55,933 nt of DNA from an uncultured Gammaproteobacteria bacterium. Lineage in GTDB: Bacteria; Patescibacteriota; Microgenomatia; UBA8517. This document shows, piece by piece, positions 44,812 to 54,957 of the stretch. The notes beneath the pieces were generated by a model, which did no database searches, had not been told where the DNA came from, and saw only the letters and a program-made list of their open reading frames with translations. Numbering within the stretch: position 1 is the stretch's first letter; each line of letters starts with the position of its first letter. The DNA lies in NCBI GenBank assembly GCA_964494885.1, contig CAZBTH010000006.1, positions 1 to 55,933 of the forward strand. The letters are read 5' to 3'. Made by a program: the position numbers and the translations under genes.

Positions 44812-45624
44812 GTGACAGACACTCAAATTGCATTATTTAGAAATAAAGGAATAAGAAAAACAATTTATAACGGAGATTGGTATTTTGTGATTATTGATAT
44901 TGTCTCCGCCCTTACCAATTCGGTTCAGCCCTCAGGATATATAAAGGATATGAGGAGACGTGATCCGGAGCTCTCTAAAGGGTGGGGGCAAATTGCCACC
45001 CCCCTTTTGATAAATACGTCAGGAGGCGCGCAAAAAATCAACTGCGCATCGACTGAGGGTGTGTTGAGAATTATTCAATCGATTCCGTCACCAAAAGCTG
45101 AACCAATGAAAAAGTGGCTGGCTAGGGTTGGGTTTGAAAGAATCCAGGAAATTGAAGACCCGGAACTTGCAACAAGACGTACAAGATTTCTATACAAAGC
45201 AAAAGGTTATCCTGATTCCTGGATCGAAAAAAGAATGCGTGGAATAGCAATTCGTGAAGAACTTACTGATGAGTGGCAAAAACGGGGGGCGGAAAAAGAT
45301 CTGGATTATAAAATTTTAACCGCAGAAATTTCGAAAGCAACTTTTGGCATAACTCCAACACAATACAAAAAATTAAAAGGATTAAAACGCCAAAATCTTA
45401 GGGATCACATGGATGATTTTGAATTAATTTTTACTATGCTTGGGGAACGTTCGACAACAGAAATCCACAAAGTGGAAAATTCAAAAGGGACGAAAAAGCT
45501 CAAAAAAGACGCGGAAGAAGGTGGTGAGATCGCCGGAGTTGCAAGAAGAAAATTGGAAAAGAAACTAAAAAAGTCGATAGTAACGAAACAAAACTTTCTT
45601 TTAAAAAGGAAACATATAGAATAG
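44812..45624 (+). CDS. BRO-N domain (phage antirepressor-like) protein
   Basis: IRK....WYF.IIDIV, RIIQSIPSPKAEP.K.WLA.VG.ER, LRDHM motifs. Confidence 0.85.
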   Translation: MTDTQIALFRNKGIRKTIYNGDWYFVIIDIVSALTNSVQPSGYIKDMRRRDPELSKGWGQIATPLLINTSGGAQKINCASTEGVLRIIQSIPSPKAEPMKKWLARVGFERIQEIEDPELATRRTRFLYKAKGYPDSWIEKRMRGIAIREELTDEWQKRGAEKDLDYKILTAEISKATFGITPTQYKKLKGLKRQNLRDHMDDFELIFTMLGERSTTEIHKVENSKGTKKLKKDAEEGGEIAGVARRKLEKKLKKSIVTKQNFLLKRKHIE

Positions 45625-45726
45625 AATAACTTCATAACCTTGCATATTCCGAAAATCCAGCGATTAATCGGATAGTTGTCAACAAACTTCTTTAAACTTT
45701 CTTCGATAACTCATATACTTCAGATA

Positions 45727-46929
45727 ATGAACATCAAAATCGAGAAGAAAAGTTTGAACGGAGGCATTTATCTTTTGATCTCTGCCGTCATTTACGGTTT
45801 ATATGGGGTTTACTCAAGATTTTTGGGTGCAAGTTTTGGTTCTTTTTCCCAAAGTTGGGTTAGGTCATTTATTGTTTTGGTGATTTTGTGCGTTTTGTTG
45901 TTGGCAAAGAAATTTGAATGGACGAGGATAGAGAGAAAAGATATAAAGTGGTTTTTGATTTGGATTCTACCCGCCTCGATTCAACCGGTAATTACATTTA
46001 TTGCCTTTAACCATCTACCGTTAGCGACGGCTTACTTCTTGATCTATTCAACCATGATTTTGGGCGGAGTAATGTCTGGGAAAATATTTTTTTCTGAAAA
46101 ATTTACTTTTATGAAAATAATATCGCTCTTGTCTGTTTTTACAGGTCTATTACTTATCTATGGTACTGATATCGGTTTGGTTTCAAACATCTACGTTGTC
46201 CTCGCGCTAGTATCAGGTCTCCTTGTTGGTTTTTGGAACACTCTCACTAAAAAAGTTTCCGGGAAATACTCCGAATTTCAGATGATGACTCTGGATCAAT
46301 TGGTGACAATGATTGTTTGCGGGATTGGGGCATTTTTCTTCAAAGAGTCTCTGCCGCCCCCATCAAATATGAATGGCTGGTTTTGGATTTTTGTTTTTGC
46401 GGTTTCAGGAGTAATCACGGTGTTTCTTTTGATAAGAGGATTCAAATATGTGGAGGCGCAAGTCGGTAGTCTTATTCTCCCCATGGAAATTGTTTTTGCT
46501 TCAATTTTTGGACTAAAGGTTTCTATTCCGAATTCGGTCGTATCAAAATTTGCTTCGAAATATTTAATAGTGTTCTTTCCCACTTTTTCCACAATCTCTC
46601 CTTGGTTTGTGGAATCGCTTCCAATTTGCACTACGAGGGTTGGAGTAGTCCCTTCAAACTTCAGCCCAACCGGTTTGACACCGGTAAGTTTTTCGCAGAT
46701 ATTCAAAAGATTTTTACATTCCATGATGCGACTTGGCAATTCTTTCTGGTCGCCGTCGAGAACTTCTAACTTTAAGTATTCTTCTCTTCTTTTTTCACCG
46801 ATTTCATTCCACCACCGATTAAATTCTTTTTGCCTGTGGGCTTGTGTTTTTTCTGTTTTTCTGCCTAATTCCTGGGTTGATCGGGTTTTTTCTTCTTTCA
46901 TAGCCGTATTAAACAACTTTGGGACATAA
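45727..46929 (+). pseudogene. DMT/EamA transporter truncated at about 46512 and reading on into the antisense of the next gene
   Basis: EamA-type TM pattern up to EIVFASIFG, then sequence that is the antisense of the 46901 ORF. Confidence 0.7.
46296..46901 (-). pseudogene. hypothetical protein truncated at about 46515 and reading on into the DMT antisense
   Basis: Protein-like charged N-terminal ~130 aa, then antisense of DMT codons. Confidence 0.55.
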
Positions 46930-47000
46930 ATATCAAATTTCTGGAGCCCTTTTCAAACTCCTTTAAATTTCCAAAAATTCAAACTATACTTCAACTAAAT

Positions 47001-47339
47001 ATGAAATACATAAACAAGACTCTTTCCAAAATTGATATACAAGGGATCAAAAAAGAATTTGGGGATTACGTAAAGATAACGGCGGATCTAGAAAATAAAA
47101 AAATCGTAGTTGGATGCGAACTTCATGCAGATGGGGAAAAAATTCTTCTCGAAAAGGGTGGAAAACAGGGCAATATTTGGGGTGGGGGATTAAACCTAGA
47201 AGACAAAATCATCGATACAGCAGCTGTATTAAATATTCGCTCAAGACTTGGAAACGATAGTATGGAAATATTAGATGCGCAAAACAGGGAAAAATTTGTT
47301 AGTATTGTAAAAGAATATTTTGAAAACTTATGGCATTAA
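47001..47339 (+). CDS. DUF5674-like protein
   Basis: ELHADGE..LL..G..Q.NIWGG, NIR...N.SMEI.D motifs. Confidence 0.75.
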   Translation: MKYINKTLSKIDIQGIKKEFGDYVKITADLENKKIVVGCELHADGEKILLEKGGKQGNIWGGGLNLEDKIIDTAAVLNIRSRLGNDSMEILDAQNREKFVSIVKEYFENLWH

Positions 47340-47554
47340 ATAAATTTTCTCAAACATCAGATAAAGTGGCTAATCTTTACCGGGCGGCATTTTATCTTGC
47401 CAAAGGGTCAAACAAAGTAGGTTTGGAATTTTTAGACAAATCTGGTGTATCATTTGAAGATCTTAGAATCGATAGTCAAGTCAGTAGACTTTATTGGGCA
47501 GAAAAAATTTTGGACGAATATTTAAAATTAAAACACAATGGAAAACAAAAATAA
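47330..47554 (+). CDS. small hypothetical protein
   Basis: Overlaps both neighbours in an operon-like arrangement. Confidence 0.65.
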   Translation: MALNKFSQTSDKVANLYRAAFYLAKGSNKVGLEFLDKSGVSFEDLRIDSQVSRLYWAEKILDEYLKLKHNGKQK

Positions 47555-48047
47555 CTTATACATTATAATTTTTGTAGCGATACTGGCTATTGTCGGCGGA
47601 ATTTATATTTTTGCAACGAAAAAACCAACCGATAATCAACCCTTGGCAACGGCTATACCATCCGCTACAATTGAGCCTTCGGCCGAGCCGGTCGCGACAA
47701 GCTCAGCTAATCCAAAAATGGAAAACAAATTAATAATAGTAGACGAAGTAATAGGAACAGGTGCGGAAGCAATTAGCGGTAAAAAGATAACTGTGAATTA
47801 TTCCGGAACCCTCATAGACGGAACAAAATTTGACAGTTCCTACGATCGCGGAACTCCGTTTTCATTCAATTTGGGAGCGGGAGAAGTAATCAAAGGCTGG
47901 GATCAAGGATTTGCCGGCATGAAGGTCGGCGGGAAAAGAAAATTAACAATTCCCTCGGACTTAGCCTACGGCCCAAATGGCATCCCCGGTGCAATTCCCG
48001 GCGGCGCCACTTTGATTTTTGAGGTAGAACTCCTTAAAGTGGAATAG
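47538..48047 (+). CDS. FKBP-type peptidyl-prolyl cis-trans isomerase, membrane anchored
   Basis: VNYSGTL.DGTKFDSSYDR, VIKGWDQG, LAYG, LIFEVELL. Confidence 0.95.
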   Translation: MENKNNLYIIIFVAILAIVGGIYIFATKKPTDNQPLATAIPSATIEPSAEPVATSSANPKMENKLIIVDEVIGTGAEAISGKKITVNYSGTLIDGTKFDSSYDRGTPFSFNLGAGEVIKGWDQGFAGMKVGGKRKLTIPSDLAYGPNGIPGAIPGGATLIFEVELLKVE

Positions 48048-48574
48048 TGAAACACACTAAAGTTTGGGGAATATTAATTGCTGTATTAATATCCCTTTTA
48101 ATTTTTACCTTCCGGGACAGCCTTGCAGGCCTTCAGGCTTACGGCCTCTTGGGTCTGTTTTTACTAAACATTGTTGGAAGCGCCACGCTGTTTTTGCCCA
48201 CTCCGCTTTTTTTGTCCGCTTTTGTTGCCGGTTCAATTTATAATCCTATTCTGGTTGCCGTTGTCGCATCTGCCGGATCGGCCCTTGGGGAACTCACAGG
48301 ATATTTGGCCGGGTATGGGGCGGAAGATATTTTGGAAAAAGACCCTAAAATCCAAAAGATTAGAGGCTGGATGAAAAAGCGGGGTTTTTTGACACTTTTT
48401 TTGTTGGCTGCCATCCCAAATCCAATATTTGACATGGCAGGGTTTGTGGCCGGAGCGACCGAAGTTTCGGTTAAGAGGTATCTAATCGCTGTCTGGTTAG
48501 GCAAACTTATTAAATTTCTCGTAATCGCGTATCTTGGAGCCGGTTCGCTCAATTACCTAACAAATTCGTGGTAG
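48047..48574 (+). CDS. VTT/DedA (SNARE-associated) family membrane protein
   Basis: GSALGELTGYLAG, AIPNPIFD.AG motifs. Confidence 0.85.
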   Translation: MKHTKVWGILIAVLISLLIFTFRDSLAGLQAYGLLGLFLLNIVGSATLFLPTPLFLSAFVAGSIYNPILVAVVASAGSALGELTGYLAGYGAEDILEKDPKIQKIRGWMKKRGFLTLFLLAAIPNPIFDMAGFVAGATEVSVKRYLIAVWLGKLIKFLVIAYLGAGSLNYLTNSW

Positions 48575-48583
48575 AATGGCCTC

Positions 48584-49666
48584 GTGTCAAGAAAATACTT
48601 TAAATCGCGCAATGGAAAAATTCCCCTTCCTGTATTTTTTCCGGATGCAACACGCGCATTCGTAAAAACTTTGGACTCAATTGATATTATCGGCACCAAA
48701 ACTCCCGGGATTTTGGTAAATACCTATCACCTTTGGCGCGAACTCAACCTAGGTGTGTTAAAATTTGAAGGAATTAGAGAGTTTATGAATTTTCGAGGTG
48801 CTGCAATTTCCGACTCGGGAGGGTTTCAGGTAATGTCTGTGATAAAAAAGGGGATTATCAAAGGAAAAATTACAGACGAAGGAATAGTGTTTTACCCCGC
48901 AAGAAACAAAAGGGCGGTATTTAGCCCCGAAGATTCGATTAGATTCCAAATGAATCTAAAAACAGATATGGTAGTAGTGCTTGATGATTTTACCGACCCT
49001 AAATCAAATCACGATGAGGCTAAAGTTTCAGTGGAGAGGACACTGGATTGGGCCAGGCGGAGTAAAAAAGAATTTGAAAAAATTTGCCGCATAAAGCATA
49101 TTGCAAAAAGCAAACAACCTTATTTGTTGGGAGTTGCCCAGGGGGGAGAGTTTATGGATCTTAGGGAAAAGTGTACCAAAGAATTGGTCAAAATAGGCTT
49201 TGACGGTATAGGTTGGGGTGGTTGGCCGTTTGAAAATGGGAAAATTAGCTTTAAAAGTGCCGAAGTAATCGCAAAAAATACACCTTCGGATTATTTACTT
49301 TACGGTTTGGGAATTGGTAAACCCGAAGACATAATCAAGTGCGTTGATTTGGGGTTTACAATTTTTGACTGTGTTCTCCCTACCCGTGACGGCAGGCATG
49401 GGAGGTTGTACGTTTTTGATGCGGATTCTATAAACAAAATTAATATTAAAAGCAAAGATTTTTACCATTTTTACGATGCAAAAAAACAAGTCCACATGAC
49501 AGACGATTCAAAAATAACTAAATATTGTGATTGCGTTTTGTGTAAGAATTATTCCAAAAGTTATCTTTCTTATCTCTTTAAACTTGGTGATACCGTCGCT
49601 ATGCGTTTGGCCTCAATCCACAACCTTCGCTTCTACTCCATTCTGATGGAGAAGTTTAGGTCGTAA
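48584..49666 (+). CDS. tgt: tRNA-guanine transglycosylase
   Basis: NTYHL, DSGGFQV, FDCVLPTR, CDC..C...HN zinc site. Confidence 0.93.
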   Translation: MSRKYFKSRNGKIPLPVFFPDATRAFVKTLDSIDIIGTKTPGILVNTYHLWRELNLGVLKFEGIREFMNFRGAAISDSGGFQVMSVIKKGIIKGKITDEGIVFYPARNKRAVFSPEDSIRFQMNLKTDMVVVLDDFTDPKSNHDEAKVSVERTLDWARRSKKEFEKICRIKHIAKSKQPYLLGVAQGGEFMDLREKCTKELVKIGFDGIGWGGWPFENGKISFKSAEVIAKNTPSDYLLYGLGIGKPEDIIKCVDLGFTIFDCVLPTRDGRHGRLYVFDADSINKINIKSKDFYHFYDAKKQVHMTDDSKITKYCDCVLCKNYSKSYLSYLFKLGDTVAMRLASIHNLRFYSILMEKFRS

Positions 49667-49688
49667 CGGAAAGTTATCTTTGATTTAC

Positions 49689-49746
49689 GTCATTCCCGAC
49701 TCGATCGGGAATCTATTTAAATAGTCCCCGCATTCGCGAGGATGAC
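49689..49746. repeat. REP-like double-hairpin element, copy 3
   Basis: gtcattcccgactcgatcgggaatcta...tccccgcattcgcgaggatgac. Confidence 0.8.
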
Positions 49747-49833
49747 ACATTTTGTTTTTTTTCATCTATCGCTTGACATCTTGCGATATATACGTTTATA
49801 CTGGCGCACTTACGACAGCAGTCGCAAAAAAAT

Positions 49834-50517
49834 ATGGAAGACGGTCAAAATACAGAAAATAGTCAGGTTCAAGCCCCACCTCAGGAAACTTTATCTCCGA
49901 ATGTATCCTTTCCCACCGTAGGCCAACCCCAAAAGGGTGGCGGAGCCAAAACTCTTTTGGTTATAGGTATTTTGGTATTGGTGGCAATTTTGGGTTTTGT
50001 GATTTATAAAAGCGCAACCAGTAAAGGTGAGGCTTTAGCCGAGCCAACTCCGATCGAAAACCAAATCTTAGGAGAAGAGAATGTAAACGTGACCACACCA
50101 GCTCCAACAGCCACTGCCAAACCCATCGATAAAACTCAGGTTTCTATTCAGGTTCAGAATGGCACAGGCATAACAGGAGAAGCTGCATATCTCCAGACTG
50201 TTCTTAAAGATTTGGGATATACAGACGTTAAGGTGGGTAACGCTGGGGATCAGACAGCTTCGGTCACAGTTGTTACTTTTAGTAGCTCTCTTGATTCGGC
50301 AGCCGTCAGCGAGCTAACTTTAAAACTCAATTCTATTTATCAAAATGTCACTGTCAAAACCTCAAGCACACAGACATTCGATGTGGTAGTTGTTACAGGA
50401 CTAAGGAAAGGTGCAACAGTAAAACCTTCGGCTACTCCTTCTCCTAAAGCGAGTGCCACCCCCAGTGCTTCCCCGAGCGCTACACCCAAAGCTTCCCCAA
50501 CCTCGACCCCTATTTAG
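49834..50517 (+). CDS. LytR C-terminal domain membrane protein
   Basis: VQNGTGITGEA, VGNA, DVVVVTG motifs; TM helix and P/S/T-rich tail. Confidence 0.82.
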   Translation: MEDGQNTENSQVQAPPQETLSPNVSFPTVGQPQKGGGAKTLLVIGILVLVAILGFVIYKSATSKGEALAEPTPIENQILGEENVNVTTPAPTATAKPIDKTQVSIQVQNGTGITGEAAYLQTVLKDLGYTDVKVGNAGDQTASVTVVTFSSSLDSAAVSELTLKLNSIYQNVTVKTSSTQTFDVVVVTGLRKGATVKPSATPSPKASATPSASPSATPKASPTSTPI

Positions 50518-50673
50518 TTTTTCACACAGTTCCACAACCCCCTTTGCTCAAGCTACGGTGGGTCAAAGGCTTGTGAAAAACCGCGTGAAATAAGCTTTGG
50601 AAGCGAAGTCCTCCGAAGCAAAATTTCTTGCGAAGGAGGATCTATTATTAACTTGTGATAATATTATTTTGTC

Positions 50674-51144
50674 ATGCAGCAATTTTCTCAAGTCTTAAGT
50701 TTTATCAGCCGAAGTTTTATATTGAATCTTGGCAAGTTTTCTATCCCTGTAACTTATTGGGAGGTGGGCGCAATAATTTTTCTTATCTTCCTTTTGATTT
50801 TAAGCATGGCCCAGTTCAGGCGCCATTATGTGGATTGGGGTTTCAAAGGTGCCCTCTTTGGCATATTTTTTGGCTTCCTTTTGGCCTTACTTCTGGAAGG
50901 ATTTTTGATTGTCGGGGGCAAAACCGCCTTAACTGAGTTTTTAGGTTGGAAAAACGCCCCGAAGCCCTTGCAGGTAGCCTTGGATGCCGGCAAAACCCAG
51001 CTTATTCAGGTATTGGGAGTAGATACTGCAATTCCTTCATCTTTGGCTAAAGATAGTTCTACATTCCAAGGCGCCTTGGAAAATATTCAGACTCTAAGCC
51101 CCGCGGACCTTAAAAAGGTCAAAAGCCTCATTTGCCAACCTTGA
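50674..51144 (+). CDS. membrane hypothetical protein
   Basis: Two TM helices. Confidence 0.7.
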   Translation: MQQFSQVLSFISRSFILNLGKFSIPVTYWEVGAIIFLIFLLILSMAQFRRHYVDWGFKGALFGIFFGFLLALLLEGFLIVGGKTALTEFLGWKNAPKPLQVALDAGKTQLIQVLGVDTAIPSSLAKDSSTFQGALENIQTLSPADLKKVKSLICQP

Positions 51145-51175
51145 CAAGATTGTATTGGTAAGATACAATCTTTGT

Positions 51176-51535
51176 ATGAACAAGACGATTAACATTTCTC
51201 TTCCAAAATCTATGTATGAGGACGCCCGCGAGCTTGTCAAAGAGAAAAGATTTGCGTCTATAAGTGAGCTTATTAGGCACGCCTTGAGGGGTGTTTTATA
51301 CCCTGGTGGCCTGACTGTAAACGGTTTTACGCCTGAGTTTGAAGATATGGTTTTGGAAGCCGAAAAAGAACCTTTGGAAAATGATTTAGTTTGGGAAACT
51401 GAGGCTGATATTGACAATTATTTTCGAAAGTTAAAGAATGAAATTATCCATGATAAAAATAAAAAGGGTAGGAGAATTCAATCTTCAGTTAAACGAGTTG
51501 GTCCACAAAAACGTTCGGATTTTGCCTCTTATTAA
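51176..51535 (+). CDS. ribbon-helix-helix (CopG/ParD-like) antitoxin
   Basis: TINISLP...FASISELIRHALR. Confidence 0.78.
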   Translation: MNKTINISLPKSMYEDARELVKEKRFASISELIRHALRGVLYPGGLTVNGFTPEFEDMVLEAEKEPLENDLVWETEADIDNYFRKLKNEIIHDKNKKGRRIQSSVKRVGPQKRSDFASY

Positions 51536-51728
51536 CCAGCGAATTCGATTTTTTCAAAATAATTCGGAAGATACAAGGCTCCGAAATCATGCTTTGACGA
51601 AAAGAATGAAAGGCAAGTATGCCTTTAGCATAACCGACGACATCAGAATTATTTATAAATATCTTGGTAAAAATACGGTCCGTTTTTTGGCAATTGGTAG
51701 CCATAAAGAGGTGTACGGTCGTTTTTAG
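51450..51728 (+). CDS. RelE/YafQ-family mRNA interferase toxin
   Basis: LRNHAL, FSITDDIRIIY, IGSHKEVY motifs. Confidence 0.87.
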   Translation: MIKIKRVGEFNLQLNELVHKNVRILPLINQRIRFFQNNSEDTRLRNHALTKRMKGKYAFSITDDIRIIYKYLGKNTVRFLAIGSHKEVYGRF

Positions 51729-51789
51729 CCTCAATTTTTGTCTCCATTCTTGATTCAAGATTCGAGATTCCAGTTCTATCCCATAGCCC

Positions 51790-51817
51790 TTGACTTTTTG
51801 TTTTTTTCTGGTATACT
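51790..51817 (+). promoter_or_regulatory. sigma70 promoter of the 52029..55662 operon
   Basis: TTGACT-16 bp-TATACT followed by a ~210-nt hairpin-rich leader. Confidence 0.6.
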
Positions 51818-52028
51818 TGCCTCACGTCTTTTGACTGGGTGCCAGTCATTTTTTTTGCGACTGGGTTTTCAGTGTAAAAAGTGGACATTAACATCTTCAA
51901 GAATATTAACAAAAAGGTAAAACTTTTTTCTCCTAAATTGATGCCGATGCAAGAGACTACCTAAATCTTTTAACTAGGCGGTTTCTTCTAATCGGCATCA
52001 ACCATTCAATTTGAAAGGAGATTTTGAT

Positions 52029-53996
52029 ATGAAGAATCGAAAGAAGAATTTAGTTGTCGTTTTGTTGGCAATTGGTGTCTTAATGCTTGTTTCACTGGCC
52101 TGCGGCTCTACCGCACCATCACAAACAGCACCCCCAATTGCTGGCACAAACACGGGGGATCAGGTGCACTACACTGTGCAAGAGCTCTACAGCGAGGCAC
52201 AGCAAATCACTGAGACTAACGTTACGAGTCGCATGCACATGCGTGCCTGGCTTTGGTTCTTTGCGTTGGTTTTGTTTGTGATCGATGTGGGTATTATTTT
52301 TGGAGTCGAGGGAGCCGGGTGGTGGTCCGCCGCTGTTGTGGTGGCAATTCTGCTTGGTTCACTTGGCGCTGTAATAAACAATTCTCAAATCCCCGGAAAA
52401 GTTGACCGAATCGGCCATGATCTGGCGGATAAGGCGATCACTCAAGGTGTTGATTTGGCTCAGCGCGCGCAGGCTACGAACTATCAGTATATTCATGCGG
52501 TGATCTCACAGATCGGTGTCGAATCGGAACCTTGTCAACGGACAGTGAATCATCATGACTTCTGTTCAAGCAACACGAACTACTATACCCATCGCGAGAT
52601 CAACTCGCATCAAGTGTGTACGACTTCGACAGACTCGGATGGTAATACGACTGAAAGTTGTCATGAGGAGCACGACGACGAGTATACCCCGTGGTTTACT
52701 AACGTTGTGCGGTATTACATCATACCCGACACTCGCGCCAAGTATTTGAGTGAACAGATTTATCACCAGCTTTGTCTGGCTGACTCTGGCGCTTTTGAAC
52801 CCTGCACGAAGGACGAGAACGGCAACGTCAACGACAAGCGGAAACCAGTTGTTTATGCGAACACGGATTGGCGTGCCCCGCAGAATGCTATGAATCACCT
52901 CTATTGTGAAACAGGCATCTTCGGAACGTCCTGCGAGCGACCTCGTGATTCTTATAACGAGCACGTCCCTGACGCGTACATGACAGTGAAGAAGGCCAAA
53001 GAAAATGGAGGCCCGGTTGTGGATGCTACGTTTGTAGGACCCTATTTCAACTGGGGTTTTGCGGCCGACAGTCCACTTTACGATGTCTACGACGGTGACT
53101 ACAACAACCTCAAAGGCGTGATGAACTTACCTGGTCCCAGTGGTGTCAAATTCACGATCAATGACGCATACGGCAACCCTGCGACTTTACCCACCCAGCT
53201 GGTTGCTACGGACGGCGACTTGGCGATCGGTTTCAATCCGATCTTCGTCATCGGCAGTTGTATTTCCCAGGAACAACTTCAGGGTTATGCAGAATATGCC
53301 ATGACTGTCCAAGGGGACTTCGGTCCTACAAAGCAGGGTTCGCTTCGCTGGTTCCTGGTTTGCGATTCGATTGTTACTCGTCTCGGCGGAATGCCCTACA
53401 CTGTTTCTGCAGTGAAGGCGTACCTCCGTGACTCGGGCGTGTGGAGCTTGTTTTCAATGCCCAAAAACCTCGTGATTTCTGTGACCTCCATCAGCGATGA
53501 CGGAACACGGATTACCGGCCGCGGTCTGGAAACAGGCATGCCTACCGGCAATGATGTACTCATCAGTCACGTAACGGCAAGTGTTCGTGCGGGCGATAAT
53601 TTGTTCTTGACCAAGGAAAACCTCTTTGGTTCATTCTCGGCAAGTTATGTCGCTTCGCAGGCGGACAAATTCCAATACCAGTTTTCTGACCTGACTCAGG
53701 CCGGCAGTGTTGTGGGGCTTCTCTACGAGACAGATCCCAACTACACCCCTCCCGACCCATCGGATCCTGCTTGTAATCAAGCCAAGGCTGACCATGTTGG
53801 CTTTGTGCGGTACTCGACTTGCAACACCGATTACCTCAAGACGACCATCGAGGTCAACGAGGACGGTCGGTTCCTGATCATGAACATGGTTACGGCCGGG
53901 GCAATTGCTTCTACACCCGTTTGGGGTGCGTGGGTTGTTCTCGTCTTAGCCATAATTTGTCTGTTCCTCGCCGGTTCGGTGCGGAGTCAGATGTAG
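52029..53996 (+). CDS. Cys-rich lipoprotein-signal membrane protein
   Basis: Lipobox SLAC, two TM helices, large Cys-rich soluble region, C-terminal TM; SD gaaaggag. Confidence 0.8.
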   Translation: MKNRKKNLVVVLLAIGVLMLVSLACGSTAPSQTAPPIAGTNTGDQVHYTVQELYSEAQQITETNVTSRMHMRAWLWFFALVLFVIDVGIIFGVEGAGWWSAAVVVAILLGSLGAVINNSQIPGKVDRIGHDLADKAITQGVDLAQRAQATNYQYIHAVISQIGVESEPCQRTVNHHDFCSSNTNYYTHREINSHQVCTTSTDSDGNTTESCHEEHDDEYTPWFTNVVRYYIIPDTRAKYLSEQIYHQLCLADSGAFEPCTKDENGNVNDKRKPVVYANTDWRAPQNAMNHLYCETGIFGTSCERPRDSYNEHVPDAYMTVKKAKENGGPVVDATFVGPYFNWGFAADSPLYDVYDGDYNNLKGVMNLPGPSGVKFTINDAYGNPATLPTQLVATDGDLAIGFNPIFVIGSCISQEQLQGYAEYAMTVQGDFGPTKQGSLRWFLVCDSIVTRLGGMPYTVSAVKAYLRDSGVWSLFSMPKNLVISVTSISDDGTRITGRGLETGMPTGNDVLISHVTASVRAGDNLFLTKENLFGSFSASYVASQADKFQYQFSDLTQAGSVVGLLYETDPNYTPPDPSDPACNQAKADHVGFVRYSTCNTDYLKTTIEVNEDGRFLIMNMVTAGAIASTPVWGAWVVLVLAIICLFLAGSVRSQM

Positions 53997-54023
53997 ATAC
54001 ATTTCAACAAAGGAGAAAAACCA

Positions 54024-54944
54024 ATGAACGTCACTAAAAGGATCGTTTCCCTGTTTTTGCTAACAATGTACGTTCTATCCGCGTGCGGAACCAAGGCTTC
54101 TCAAGACACGGTCCCGGCTCTGCCGAAACTTGATCCTGTTGCGATTTTGTCCCAGGCGCGGACCTACTACAAGGGTGGCGTTGATCGTGAGACCAACATC
54201 ACCGTTCTGTGGCGAAAGTATGAACTTTCGATGAACACGTTCCGTCTCGGTGCGAAGGATTTGATCGGTGCGGCCAACGCATGCTCTACGAGCGTCGCCT
54301 CGACTGAGTCAACGATCGGCAATGCAGTTACCGGTAATATGGATGGCGATGCCATTTTCTCGGCGCTTGTCACGAACAGCGTCTCCGGCGAACAGGCCAC
54401 GACCGAATGTACGCAGATTTTCCGTCAGCTTGCCGATTACATCGTCGCTAACCGCGCCGCTGTACAGAATGCCAATCTCATGGCGTTTGAGGCCGCTACG
54501 GACTACATGAACTACACCAGTTCCTTCCCAGAGGTCGATTTTATGAATGATCTCATGCAAACCTACGGCGATACCACGCTGGTCTACCAGAAATTGGCAG
54601 ACAATGGCGTCGGTGTTTCCGATTGGAGCTGGCTCCCGACAGCGAACCTGTGGGTCAGCCATCAGGATAAGAACTTGTGTCAGTACTACATCAGTGGCGA
54701 GTTTATGCAGAACATCTCTTACTCGTCCAAACTGAAGTTCACCGGACATGAATCAGCGCTTGCCCGTCTTTACGAGAGCACCTGGAATCCTGCGGCCAAC
54801 GGTGGCAACGGCGAATGTCGTATGACCCGCTATGCGGCCCTTGAGTACATGACCCGCAGTATTGTGGGCGCTGATACTCAGCAGATCATCGAATCTGGTC
54901 AGGACCAGGGACTTTTCCCTGCCACTCCGACAGCGACGCCTTAA
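54024..54944 (+). CDS. lipoprotein, possibly LemA-like helical bundle
   Basis: Lipobox LSAC; helical region resembling LemA-like proteins; SD aaggag. Confidence 0.75.
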   Translation: MNVTKRIVSLFLLTMYVLSACGTKASQDTVPALPKLDPVAILSQARTYYKGGVDRETNITVLWRKYELSMNTFRLGAKDLIGAANACSTSVASTESTIGNAVTGNMDGDAIFSALVTNSVSGEQATTECTQIFRQLADYIVANRAAVQNANLMAFEAATDYMNYTSSFPEVDFMNDLMQTYGDTTLVYQKLADNGVGVSDWSWLPTANLWVSHQDKNLCQYYISGEFMQNISYSSKLKFTGHESALARLYESTWNPAANGGNGECRMTRYAALEYMTRSIVGADTQQIIESGQDQGLFPATPTATP

Positions 54945-54957
54945 TTGGAGAGACGAG

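Noticed and set aside
51176-51728. Toxin-antitoxin pair as a novel system
   Set aside because: Ordinary RHH + RelE/YafQ type II module; the overlap only reflects an extended antitoxin tail
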